A DNA stretch of 64,000 nucleotides from an uncultured Dehalococcoidia bacterium (GCA_913047625.1 CAJWUJ010000006.1:695-64694), one strand, 5' to 3'. Counted from the stretch's first letter, positions 27,758 through 36,255 are shown. Numbers and translations are program-made. The notes: generated from the sequence alone by a model not told the origin.

Positions 27758-30025
27758 CTAGTGTTTGTGGCCCTTGGTAATCTTAACCACTTTTCTGACC
27801 CCATGAAGTTCCAAGCTAGGATCAACAGCTAATTGAGTACCTTCATATCTTGGAATTTCAACAGACTCTCCTGTCTTATTAATAGTAACCCGAGTAGATG
27901 CCCAAGCATGTGCCCCAGTTAAGCGATCTGTTAATGGCGCCAAAATTTCCTCCAGGTTTGAACCCCGTTCTTTGGCATATCTGCCATAATCTTTGTGTCC
28001 CTGCCCTTTTATAACACCTAAAACCTTTGGTGCTGCAGCTGGGCTCAAATAAGCTGTTACCTTAATAGTACCTCGATCCGACTTAATTTCTATAACATCT
28101 CCTTCAGCAATACCCATTCCTTCTGCTTCTTTATCATTAATCTCCATCCAAGTGGACCAAGCAACAGTTGTCATAGGATCAGGTAAAGCCTGCAACCAAG
28201 GAAGGTGAGCTAGATCCCCTGAACCAATCCCAACACCAGAAACAGGAATCAGGTAAAACGATCCGGAACCATCAAATTGCGGATCAGATATCTCTGGCAA
28301 TGGCATAGGAGTAGCATTAGACATTTCAGATTCTGCATTAATATCCCACCAACCACCTCTTTGTAGTGCTCCTTGCCAGAATCCAGAAGGAGTCGCAGCT
28401 TTAATAGAACCTCTATTTAAGTCAAATAAATCACTAAATCCCGACTCGATAACCTTTTGCATACTATTCCAAGGGATGCTGCCTTTGCTAATAATATCAG
28501 CAACTTTTAGCAGGATATCACCAAAGTTTCCTACCAAATTAGCGTCTGTAGGAGGATTTAGAACAGGCTGTTGAATTCCTACAACTTGATAACCAGGAGC
28601 AGGATCAGGTATGTCGCTACTCCAAGACTCTAAAGATGATGCTTCAGGTAAGATGACATCAGCCATTAAAGCAGTGTCATCAAGGAAATTCGTAACACTC
28701 ACCAATGACACGTTATCCGTAAGAGCACTTGAGAAACCAAGGCTTTCTCCAAAAGCGTACATAGGATCAATACCGTGAACAATTAGACTGTTGATTTCTC
28801 CCCGTCTGATTTGACCTACGACATCCTTCCATTCCTCATAGCTTGCACCTGAAGCGGAATCAGGGACTTCGGACAAAGGACTAGAAGGATTCAAAATCAC
28901 GCCTCCTACCTTGCCTACTGATCCTGTAAGATAATTCAGCGAGTAAATAGTCTGGAGACTCTCTGAAGCGTTAGTATGAGCAGCAGTTGACCCACCACCT
29001 AAAATCACTGATGGCCCGCCACTAGTTATTTTATGAGCAATTTCTCTGATGACTTGGGCTGGCTGTTTACCACGAAGCTCAGGAATCCCGAGCCGGCCAG
29101 CTACATTCTCAGGAGAAAATTCATCTCCTAGAGCAGTAACCCCCAAATTGTGAGTCAACAGATTAGTGTAGAGCTCATCTCCGAGTTGCTCACTAATGAT
29201 GACGTAAGCAATACTCTTCGCCAAAAGTCCTTCATTACCAGGTTGTATCGGGATCCACCAATCAGCATTAGCAGCTGTCTGTGACATACGAGGTTCAACA
29301 TGTATGAAATACCCTCGATCCTTACCTACGGACCCACGAAAACCAGCGTAATCATGCCCCATAGCTACAGGGGAAAACCATGTGCCCAAAAAATCAGCCC
29401 CGAACGAAAGGACTGTATTGGCATTTGATATGTCAAATTTTGGCAATCGTTCTTGACCAAATACATCACGAATTGCTTTTCTTACTACAACTCTATCCAT
29501 TTCCTCATAACTTATGTGTCTGGATTTAGTGATTGAAGCAAATTCATTAACAACCAAACCCAAATGACCGCGTAACGGATTGGTCATTATTGCAGTTTGA
29601 CCTTGAGTGTTCCGTATATTTCGCTGTACGTGTTCTATAGCTTCATCCCAGCCAATCGGAATAAATTCATTAGTACCTCTAGTACTTCCCGCTTTTCTTT
29701 TCAACGGTGTCTTTATCCGATCAGGGTGATACGTAGCTTGCAAAGAAGCCTCGCAACGTGCCAGATGCTTGCCGCGATTTTGAGGATAATCTAAGTTTCC
29801 TTCAATCTTCTTGGCTCTTCCCTCTATAACTCGGACAATAACCCCGCAACCATCAGGGCAACTGCCACACTGAGTGGCAAACCAAGCATCTTTACCTTTC
29901 ACAAGATCTTCAGGAAAGTCAGCCAAACTTTGCACCTCTAGCTCTTTTTCCGGTATTCCACAAGCCACAGAAACCACTGGTGCCAGAGCTGCTAGTTTAA
30001 TAAAATCTCTTCTACTTAAATCCAC
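27758..30025 (-). CDS. actB1: Molybdopterin-oxidoreductase-fold subunit with Tat signal, ACIII ActB1-like
   Basis: GTG start with GAGGT SD. Twin-arginine signal MDLSRRDFIKLAALAP. N-terminal C53-x2-C56-x3-C60-x30-C91 cluster motif. 755-aa MopB-superfamily-like body. Confidence 0.88.
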   Translation of the reverse strand: MDLSRRDFIKLAALAPVVSVACGIPEKELEVQSLADFPEDLVKGKDAWFATQCGSCPDGCGVIVRVIEGRAKKIEGNLDYPQNRGKHLARCEASLQATYHPDRIKTPLKRKAGSTRGTNEFIPIGWDEAIEHVQRNIRNTQGQTAIMTNPLRGHLGLVVNEFASITKSRHISYEEMDRVVVRKAIRDVFGQERLPKFDISNANTVLSFGADFLGTWFSPVAMGHDYAGFRGSVGKDRGYFIHVEPRMSQTAANADWWIPIQPGNEGLLAKSIAYVIISEQLGDELYTNLLTHNLGVTALGDEFSPENVAGRLGIPELRGKQPAQVIREIAHKITSGGPSVILGGGSTAAHTNASESLQTIYSLNYLTGSVGKVGGVILNPSSPLSEVPDSASGASYEEWKDVVGQIRRGEINSLIVHGIDPMYAFGESLGFSSALTDNVSLVSVTNFLDDTALMADVILPEASSLESWSSDIPDPAPGYQVVGIQQPVLNPPTDANLVGNFGDILLKVADIISKGSIPWNSMQKVIESGFSDLFDLNRGSIKAATPSGFWQGALQRGGWWDINAESEMSNATPMPLPEISDPQFDGSGSFYLIPVSGVGIGSGDLAHLPWLQALPDPMTTVAWSTWMEINDKEAEGMGIAEGDVIEIKSDRGTIKVTAYLSPAAAPKVLGVIKGQGHKDYGRYAKERGSNLEEILAPLTDRLTGAHAWASTRVTINKTGESVEIPRYEGTQLAVDPSLELHGVRKVVKITKGHKH

Positions 30026-30038
30026 GTCAACCTCATAA

Positions 30039-30635
30039 CTAATAGTGACAAATCACACAATCTGTCGGAGCATTATTTTGCTTATGGCAATCCACACAAT
30101 CTCTCATCTTTAGATCCTCAACTTGCCTGACTTCATTCATGGCTCCGACATCTCCATGACAAAGCGAACACACTTGCTGAGTCTCTAAACCTTGCTGTTC
30201 TCTGAAAAAGTTAAGGTGAGGTTCATGCATGAACTGAACATGATCAGGTACTCGATGAACCCGTTTCCAATCAAGAGGTTCCCCCTTCTCCCAGAGTTCC
30301 TTCACATGTTCTACAGAAGGATGACCCATACCAGCAAAGGTTCCATTCGGAAGATCCATATGACAAGCAACGCACAATTCCAATGGAGGAACTGTAGCGG
30401 CCTCGCTTTTAGCCACACTCCTATGGCAAAAATCACACTGTATTCCAGCTTCTTCAACATGAACCGGATGAGGGAATTCTATTGGTTGCTCCACCTGACC
30501 AGGAACGAAACCAAAAACGGAGATAGGGGTTGACCACCAAGCCCTTAAGAGCCCAAAAAGCACCAGCCCTACAAGACTGACGGTCACTAATAGACTAAGT
30601 GCCAAAACAACCTTTAAGGATCTACTAGTTGGCAT
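30039..30635 (-). CDS. actA: Pentahaem cytochrome c with N-terminal membrane anchor, ACIII ActA-like
   Basis: Five CxxCH motifs (CDFCH, CVACH, CSLCH, CVDCH, CVICH) and an N-terminal TM helix VVLALSLLVTVSLVGLVLFGLL. Confidence 0.88.
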   Translation of the reverse strand: MPTSRSLKVVLALSLLVTVSLVGLVLFGLLRAWWSTPISVFGFVPGQVEQPIEFPHPVHVEEAGIQCDFCHRSVAKSEAATVPPLELCVACHMDLPNGTFAGMGHPSVEHVKELWEKGEPLDWKRVHRVPDHVQFMHEPHLNFFREQQGLETQQVCSLCHGDVGAMNEVRQVEDLKMRDCVDCHKQNNAPTDCVICHY

Positions 30636-30665
30636 CGATATCTAACCTTTCAATACTTAAATGCA

Positions 30666-30998
30666 CTAGATGTACCACCTATCGTACAGTTCGGCCACAA
30701 AATCAATCCCAGAAATCATGATGACCAAACACAGAATACTAACTGAAACAAAAAACAAGGACCCTAAATACAAGGCTCCGCGGATTTGCTTCTCTTTTTC
30801 TTTAATAAAAGAAGGCAATTCCCTAGCATCTCCTCGCAACGTAAGATAACCATTTAACATAATTGATGGTACCAAAGCGTGCGCCAGGAGGAAGTGGATT
30901 CCTCCCAAAATCATAGTGACAACAAACAGGAACAACCACAAAATAGTATTGCCCAGTGAATTCCATAACTCAGTGGTTATAAAAGCAGGATCTTGCAA
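30666..30998 (-). CDS. Small polytopic membrane protein (110 aa), first ORF of the ACIII-like operon, function unknown
   Basis: Three hydrophobic segments (ILWLFLFVVTMILGGIHFLLAHALV, then a shorter PSIMLNGYLTL stretch, then ALYLGSLFFVSVSILCLVIMISGI). TTG start with GAGGTG 9 nt upstream. 30-nt gap to actA. No family recognised. Confidence 0.45.
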   Translation of the reverse strand: MQDPAFITTELWNSLGNTILWLFLFVVTMILGGIHFLLAHALVPSIMLNGYLTLRGDARELPSFIKEKEKQIRGALYLGSLFFVSVSILCLVIMISGIDFVAELYDRWYI

Positions 30999-31179
30999 CC
31001 TTTATAGCACCTCTACAATCTTTATCTTGACATCTCCCCGTAAGAAGCCCTGACGTTACGCAACTTTCTAGCAACAACAGTATTTCTTTCTTTAAGGAAA
31101 ACATCGCCCGGCACAAGCCAGATGTTCTTTTTGCAAGGACTCTGTCAGCTAGCACCAGCTCCCTCAATGTACCTGATGA

Positions 31180-31208
31180 GATTTACCACAAACCATCATT
31201 TGTGTCAA
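31180..31208 (-). promoter_or_regulatory. Candidate promoter for the ACIII-like operon (TTGACA-N17-TAAATC on minus strand)
   Basis: The reverse complement of 31203-31208 is TTGACA, followed by a 17-nt spacer. The reverse complement of 31180-31185 is TAAATC. This implies a ~175-nt leader before the TTG at 30998. Confidence 0.3.
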
Positions 31209-31340
31209 TAATTCACTTGCAAATTACGGGTGTAATTTTGAACTGATTATTGCTAATTGTTAGGCCTTATGCAAAAATAGTATGTGTCGGTCAGAATGGA
31301 ACTGGCTGATCATCCTTATATATTATTTGTAGAGGCAAAA

Positions 31341-31517
31341 ATGGAAATACTCAGAACTCGTAGAGATTTTGTTAAGGGCATTGCGATCGGTATTTTAGGC
31401 GCAACTGCTTTGTCACTCCTAAATCCTTTTAAAACAAGTGCAGGTAAGAATTCCAGTCCCAAGGCAAAAGGATTAAAAGGGGCCAGTTCGCTCTTCCAGC
31501 CAAGAATCACTCCATAG
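31341..31517 (+). CDS. 58-aa mini-protein consisting of a twin-arginine (Tat) signal peptide plus a short Lys/Ser/Gly-rich tail
   Basis: MEILRTRRDFVKGIAIGILGATALSLLNPFKTSAGKNSSPKAKGLKGASSLFQPRITP. AGAGG SD 5 nt upstream of ATG 31341. The ORF-track start at 31284 adds 19 poorly supported residues. Confidence 0.35.
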   Translation: MEILRTRRDFVKGIAIGILGATALSLLNPFKTSAGKNSSPKAKGLKGASSLFQPRITP

Positions 31518-31647
31518 TTTCTATGCCCGTTCTGGTTTTCTACAGAATGAGCGGTAGGAAAGTGAAGCAAGCATCCAAGTTGCCATTCCCTAGTACTTTC
31601 AATAATTATAGACTGTACAACTCTTCCCTCGGCTTGCCACATGTACC

Positions 31648-31676
31648 TTGACCATGATGTATCACTTAGCTAGTAA
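31648..31676 (+). promoter_or_regulatory. Candidate promoter for ileS (TTGACC-N17-TAGTAA)
   Basis: TTGACC at 31648-31653, 17-nt spacer, TAGTAA at 31671-31676. It is incompatible with the TTG 31677 start in the ORF track. Confidence 0.35.
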
Positions 31677-31691
31677 TTGTATCGGTGTTCT

Positions 31692-34600
31692 GTGTTTAAT
31701 GAAGTAAATCAACAAATAAGTTTTCCCAGCATGGAGAAATCCATTCTTGAGTTTTGGAAATCAAATGACATTTTCCAGAAAACTCAAACTGAACGACAGG
31801 ATTCATCCCTGTTTGTGATATATGAAGGTCCTCCAACAGCAAACGCAGCTCCCGGAATCCATCACGTACTTGCAAGAGTTTTCAAGGACGTCATTCCTCG
31901 ATACAAAACCATGTGTGGGTTTAAAGTTCTTCGTAAGGGAGGATGGGATACCCACGGATTGCCAGTCGAACTTGAAATAGAAAAAGAGCTTGGGCTTTCT
32001 TCGAAACATGCAATAGAAACCTACGGGATTGAGAAATTCAATGCCAAATGCCGGAGTAATGTTCTGCGCTATGTTAAAGCTTGGGAAGACCTCACCGACC
32101 GCATTGGATTTTGGGTCGACATGGATGATGCCTACATAACATTTTCAAATGATTATATAGAAACAGGATGGTGGATTCTTAAGCAAGCTTGGTCAAAAGG
32201 ACTGTTATATGAGGGTATGAAAGGCGTACCTCACTGTCCAAGATGCGTAACTAGCCTATCTTCGCACGAAGTTGCTTTGGGATACAGAGAAAATACCCCT
32301 GACCCTTCAATCTATGTAAAATTTCCAGTTCAAGCGGGATTCTTTGGCACCAAAACAAAACCAAAAGCATACGATCTTCTCACTCAAAACGAGACATTCG
32401 CAACGCCAACATTTTTTCTTGCATGGACAACAACCCCGTGGACCATGCCAGGAAATACAGCCCTTGGTATTGCCCCAACAGAAGACTATGTGGTGGCAAA
32501 AATCCAAGGAACCTTGGAATCTGAAGAACGTCTGATTCTAGCTAAAGCTCTTGTTTCTAAAGTGATTGACCAAGACTATGTCATAGAGGCAACTATTAAA
32601 GGATCGGATCTAGTTGGTATGACTTATACCACTCCTTATGATGCACATGCGGCAGGTGTTGCTATTCAAAAATTCGAAGAAACTGAGAGAGGTAGCGGTA
32701 CTTTTGTAGAACTGAAAGCCGACGAATCTGTTAAACCGAGAGTCTTTCCAGCAAGCTTTATCACTATCGAAGACGGTACAGGAATTGGGCATATTGCTCC
32801 TGCCTTTGGTGACGAGGACTTACAAGCAGGAAGGCAACATCACCTAAATTTCGTGCAACATGTCAATCTACAAGGATTAATAACAGGGAATTTTACGTTT
32901 TCAGGGAAGTTCGTAAAAGATGCAGATAAATTCGTGGTTGAAGATCTTGAAAACAGGAATCTCCTACACCACAAAGACACTTACCTTCACACCTACCCTT
33001 TCTGTTGGAGATGCAGCACCCCTCTCGTCTACTACGCCAAAAACTCGTGGTACATAATGACCACTGCCTTTAAAGATCAATTGGTATCAGCAAATGACAC
33101 AATCAACTGGTACCCGGATCACATAAAGAATGGTAGATTCGGAGAGTGGTTGAGAAATAACGTTGATTGGGCTATTTCGAGAGAGCGATACTGGGGTACT
33201 CCTATTCCTATCTGGAAATGTAGCAACTGCGATCATAGGATTTGTATAGAAAGCCTGTCAGACCTTAAGGAACAATGTGTCGATGAAGCAAATGAAAGTT
33301 TTGATTTTAACGACCCTGATCTACACAAACCATACGTTGATAGAATCCCCATTAAGTGTTCCCAATGTTCAAATTTAATGTGGAGAATACCCGAAGTAAT
33401 GGACTGCTGGTTCGATTCAGGAATAATGCCCTTTGCTCAATGGCATTACCCATTTGAAAACAAAACTCTTCTAGAAGATAACAGATTCCCCGCTGACTAC
33501 ATTTGTGAAGCTGTTGATCAAACCAGAGGCTGGTTTTACAGCCTTCATGCAGTATCAAACTTAATTTTGGATAAGCCCAGTTTTCAAAATGTAATATGCC
33601 TAGGTCTTATACTAGATGAAAAAGGGGAGAAAATGTCAAAATCCCGGGGTAACGTTGTTGAACCTTGGGCTGTGCTGGATGCTCAAGGAGCCGACGCACT
33701 TAGGTGGTATCTTTTTACCGCAGCTCCTCCGGGAAATGCGAGACGGTTTTCAGCAGGATTGGTGCAAGAATCTCTTCGCCAATTCCTCTTAACTCTCTGG
33801 AATACGTATTCATTTTTTATAACATACGCAAATCTGGACTCGTTTAAACCATACCAAATCAAAGATGCAACACTAACGGAACTTGATCGATGGATACTCT
33901 CAGAACTGCATGCTCTCACGAATGTAGTGACACAGTATTTAGATTCGTATAATCCAACAGATGCTGCTAGAAAAATCCAGGAATTTGTAAACATCCTGTC
34001 CAATTGGTACGTAAGGAGGAGTAGGCGGCGATTTTGGAAAAGTGAAAACGACAAAGATAAAGAGTCTGCCTACCTGACCCTATACGAATGTTTAGTTACA
34101 GTCACCAAGCTGCTAGCGCCTTTTGCTCCATTTATAGCAGAGGAACTTTATCAAAATCTAGTACGTACGGTCGACGTCGATGCACCTCTTAGCGTCCATT
34201 TAGCTGACTGGCCTCAATCAGATGCGTCTCAAATTAACACTTCTCTCGGTCAAGCAATGGATATAGCAATGCGTATTTCAAGCCTCGGAAGAGCTGCACG
34301 AAGTAAGGCACAGATAAAGGTACGCCAACCAATATCAGAAGTTTGGGTAAAGTTAAGATCCAGTGATCAAAATGGTCTCGTACAATTAATAGAGGATCAA
34401 GTGTTAGATGAATTAAACACAAAGGTGCTGGGATTAACTGATAAAACAGAAGACTTTGCAGAATTTAATATCCAACTAAATAAAGCCCAGGTAGGCCCCA
34501 AATATGGAGGTGAATTACCACGCCTTACTCAGCTAATTCAGGATCACCCTGTGTCTGAACTCCTTCTAAGTATTCAATCAGGCGGACAGATTCGAATTGG

Positions 34601-34979
34601 TGATTATGAATTAGATCCGACCGATTTTAGGATTACCGCAGAAGGGAAACCTGGGTACTCTGTCATGTATGATAATGGCTACTTTGTGGCGGTAAATACG
34701 CAGCTGTCAGAGTCTCTCGTAATGGAAGGATTTACACGAGAGCTAGTTCACCGAGTACAAAATTTAAGAAGAAGCACAGGCCTCGAGGTTTCAGACCAAA
34801 TCAAGATTTACTATCATAGTGACTCCCGATTTAGTAAAGCTATCGAGGAATACACAGATTACATCAACCAGGAGACATTATCCCTAGAACTTATTAAAGT
34901 AGATCGGGCCTCTGAACAATTAACTGAATCCTTTAAAGTTAATGAACTAGAAATCAGTATCGGGATACACAAGCACTAA
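31692..34979 (+). CDS. ileS: Isoleucine--tRNA ligase (type 2 architecture)
   Basis: PTANAAPGIHHVLARV (HIGH-class motif), KMSKSRGN, a CP1 editing domain, and Zn-ribbon-like CWRCSTP...CSNCDH...CSQCSN. I placed the start at GTG 31692, giving MFNEVNQQISFPSMEKSILEFWK, which matches the usual IleS N-terminus. ATG 31731 is possible. Confidence 0.96.
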   Translation: MFNEVNQQISFPSMEKSILEFWKSNDIFQKTQTERQDSSLFVIYEGPPTANAAPGIHHVLARVFKDVIPRYKTMCGFKVLRKGGWDTHGLPVELEIEKELGLSSKHAIETYGIEKFNAKCRSNVLRYVKAWEDLTDRIGFWVDMDDAYITFSNDYIETGWWILKQAWSKGLLYEGMKGVPHCPRCVTSLSSHEVALGYRENTPDPSIYVKFPVQAGFFGTKTKPKAYDLLTQNETFATPTFFLAWTTTPWTMPGNTALGIAPTEDYVVAKIQGTLESEERLILAKALVSKVIDQDYVIEATIKGSDLVGMTYTTPYDAHAAGVAIQKFEETERGSGTFVELKADESVKPRVFPASFITIEDGTGIGHIAPAFGDEDLQAGRQHHLNFVQHVNLQGLITGNFTFSGKFVKDADKFVVEDLENRNLLHHKDTYLHTYPFCWRCSTPLVYYAKNSWYIMTTAFKDQLVSANDTINWYPDHIKNGRFGEWLRNNVDWAISRERYWGTPIPIWKCSNCDHRICIESLSDLKEQCVDEANESFDFNDPDLHKPYVDRIPIKCSQCSNLMWRIPEVMDCWFDSGIMPFAQWHYPFENKTLLEDNRFPADYICEAVDQTRGWFYSLHAVSNLILDKPSFQNVICLGLILDEKGEKMSKSRGNVVEPWAVLDAQGADALRWYLFTAAPPGNARRFSAGLVQESLRQFLLTLWNTYSFFITYANLDSFKPYQIKDATLTELDRWILSELHALTNVVTQYLDSYNPTDAARKIQEFVNILSNWYVRRSRRRFWKSENDKDKESAYLTLYECLVTVTKLLAPFAPFIAEELYQNLVRTVDVDAPLSVHLADWPQSDASQINTSLGQAMDIAMRISSLGRAARSKAQIKVRQPISEVWVKLRSSDQNGLVQLIEDQVLDELNTKVLGLTDKTEDFAEFNIQLNKAQVGPKYGGELPRLTQLIQDHPVSELLLSIQSGGQIRIGDYELDPTDFRITAEGKPGYSVMYDNGYFVAVNTQLSESLVMEGFTRELVHRVQNLRRSTGLEVSDQIKIYYHSDSRFSKAIEEYTDYINQETLSLELIKVDRASEQLTESFKVNELEISIGIHKH

Positions 34980-34985
34980 GATTAG

Positions 34986-36203
34986 CTAACTGGAGAGCAC
35001 TTCTCGTAAACGTTTGGCTGCTAACTCAGTTCTTTCCTGATTCAGATTCATTGGATTTATAACTAGAGTACCAGCTGACAACTTCGTTTCACTGACATAC
35101 ACCACCGGATCACCTTCGTACTTTAATTTTCTAGATATTTCGTAGGCATTGGATCCAAACAATTCTTCATCAATAGTAAGTTCCAAAACAGGATAGACTT
35201 CTGGGTTTTGAGATACGCTCATCTGAACGTCAACATGAGGTATATTCGCTAAGGCTGTTGCAATTGAACTCAGAAAAGAGTGGAATTTTTGGGAAGTTTC
35301 CATATTCCCTTCTTTACTGAAACTTTTGAGTGCTGTCAATAAACCAACTATAGACTCTTTGGAAACCTTGAAGCCTCGCCCTATCCCATGTCTGGGGATT
35401 CCAGGCAAATCTTCCTTAGAAATCAGGCTCGGGGGAGGATCCCATATGTCAAAGTGGTCGTCAAGATCGAGATGTTGAAGAACCACAGATGCAATTAGAT
35501 CTTTCTTGCCTGCCAAAATACCACTATTCTGTGGTCCTCTAATAGCTTTACCACCACTATAAGAAACAAGATCAGCTCCCATAGCGATAAATTTCTTTAA
35601 ATTTTCCATAGGAGGCAATTGACCCGCTGCATCTACTAAGACAGGAATTGAATGTTTCCGTCCAACGTTTATAACTTCTTGTATCGGAGGCATAGAACCG
35701 GGTCGATAAAAATACGCAATAGCAGCAGTATTTTCGGTTATAGCAGCTTCATATTCCCAAGCTTCTGTAGCTCTTACCCCAGCTCCTGAAAAAATCTCAT
35801 TCATACCCACTTCAACGAGAGTAGCTCCAGCTGCTCGAATGGCGTGATCGTAACCGTTGCGGTGCTCCCTTGCGATTATTACTTCACTTTTCATGCCCCT
35901 TGTATCAGGCATTCTATCCATTTTTGCTATATCTAAACCTGTAATTATAGCGGCAGTGCCCTGAGTCAAAGCAGCAGCGGCACCGCATGTTACAAACCCT
36001 GATTCAGCACCTGTTATTTGCGAAATTGTTTTGCCTGCAGCCGCATGTAATTGCATCATATCAACAGAATTCTTAGCAGCTTCACTCATGGCATCAATGA
36101 CATCTTCCGAAACTAATGCTCCTCCCAAACGAGTGTTAGACCCCCCCACGTTGATAACGGTTCGAACGCCCAAATCCTCATAAATACCCAAGATGCACCT
36201 CAC
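34986..36203 (-). CDS. SelA-like / DgaE-like fold-type I PLP-dependent enzyme (no SelA N-terminal domain)
   Basis: YSGGKAIRGPQNSGILAGKKDLI parallels the SelA PLP-lysine region (FSGDKLLGGPQAGII.GKK..I, from memory). 405 aa, lacking the N-terminal tRNA-binding extension of authentic SelA. Confidence 0.75.
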   Translation of the reverse strand: MRCILGIYEDLGVRTVINVGGSNTRLGGALVSEDVIDAMSEAAKNSVDMMQLHAAAGKTISQITGAESGFVTCGAAAALTQGTAAIITGLDIAKMDRMPDTRGMKSEVIIAREHRNGYDHAIRAAGATLVEVGMNEIFSGAGVRATEAWEYEAAITENTAAIAYFYRPGSMPPIQEVINVGRKHSIPVLVDAAGQLPPMENLKKFIAMGADLVSYSGGKAIRGPQNSGILAGKKDLIASVVLQHLDLDDHFDIWDPPPSLISKEDLPGIPRHGIGRGFKVSKESIVGLLTALKSFSKEGNMETSQKFHSFLSSIATALANIPHVDVQMSVSQNPEVYPVLELTIDEELFGSNAYEISRKLKYEGDPVVYVSETKLSAGTLVINPMNLNQERTELAAKRLREVLSS

Positions 36204-36255
36204 TGATATTCTGGTGAAGCTTATTTAAGCAGGTTGATTAGTCGATTGCAAGCAC

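Noticed and set aside
27758-30025. Selenocysteine (in-frame TGA) recoding in the Mo-fold subunit, prompted by the SelA-like gene nearby.
   Set aside because: The ORF is continuous from its GTG start to its stop with no internal TGA. No SECIS-like hairpin is needed, and selB/selC/selD are not in the window.
30970-31167. A 65-aa minus-strand ORF in the ACIII leader region, overlapping the start of the 110-aa membrane ORF.
   Set aside because: It has no SD and a Cys/Arg/Leu-rich composition with no motif. It overlaps the better-supported TTG-initiated membrane ORF. I treat it as part of the untranslated leader.
31316-31642. A 108-aa minus-strand ORF antisense to the Tat mini-ORF.
   Set aside because: It has no RBS or motif and is opposite an ORF that does have a good SD. 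It probably exists only because the region is not under strong coding constraint.
31518-31691. A possible T-box or other riboswitch leader upstream of ileS.
   Set aside because: I found no T-box consensus (no ...GGUGGNACCGCG-like element), no specifier-loop context and no terminator/antiterminator pair. The best promoter match sits only ~15 nt from the start codon.
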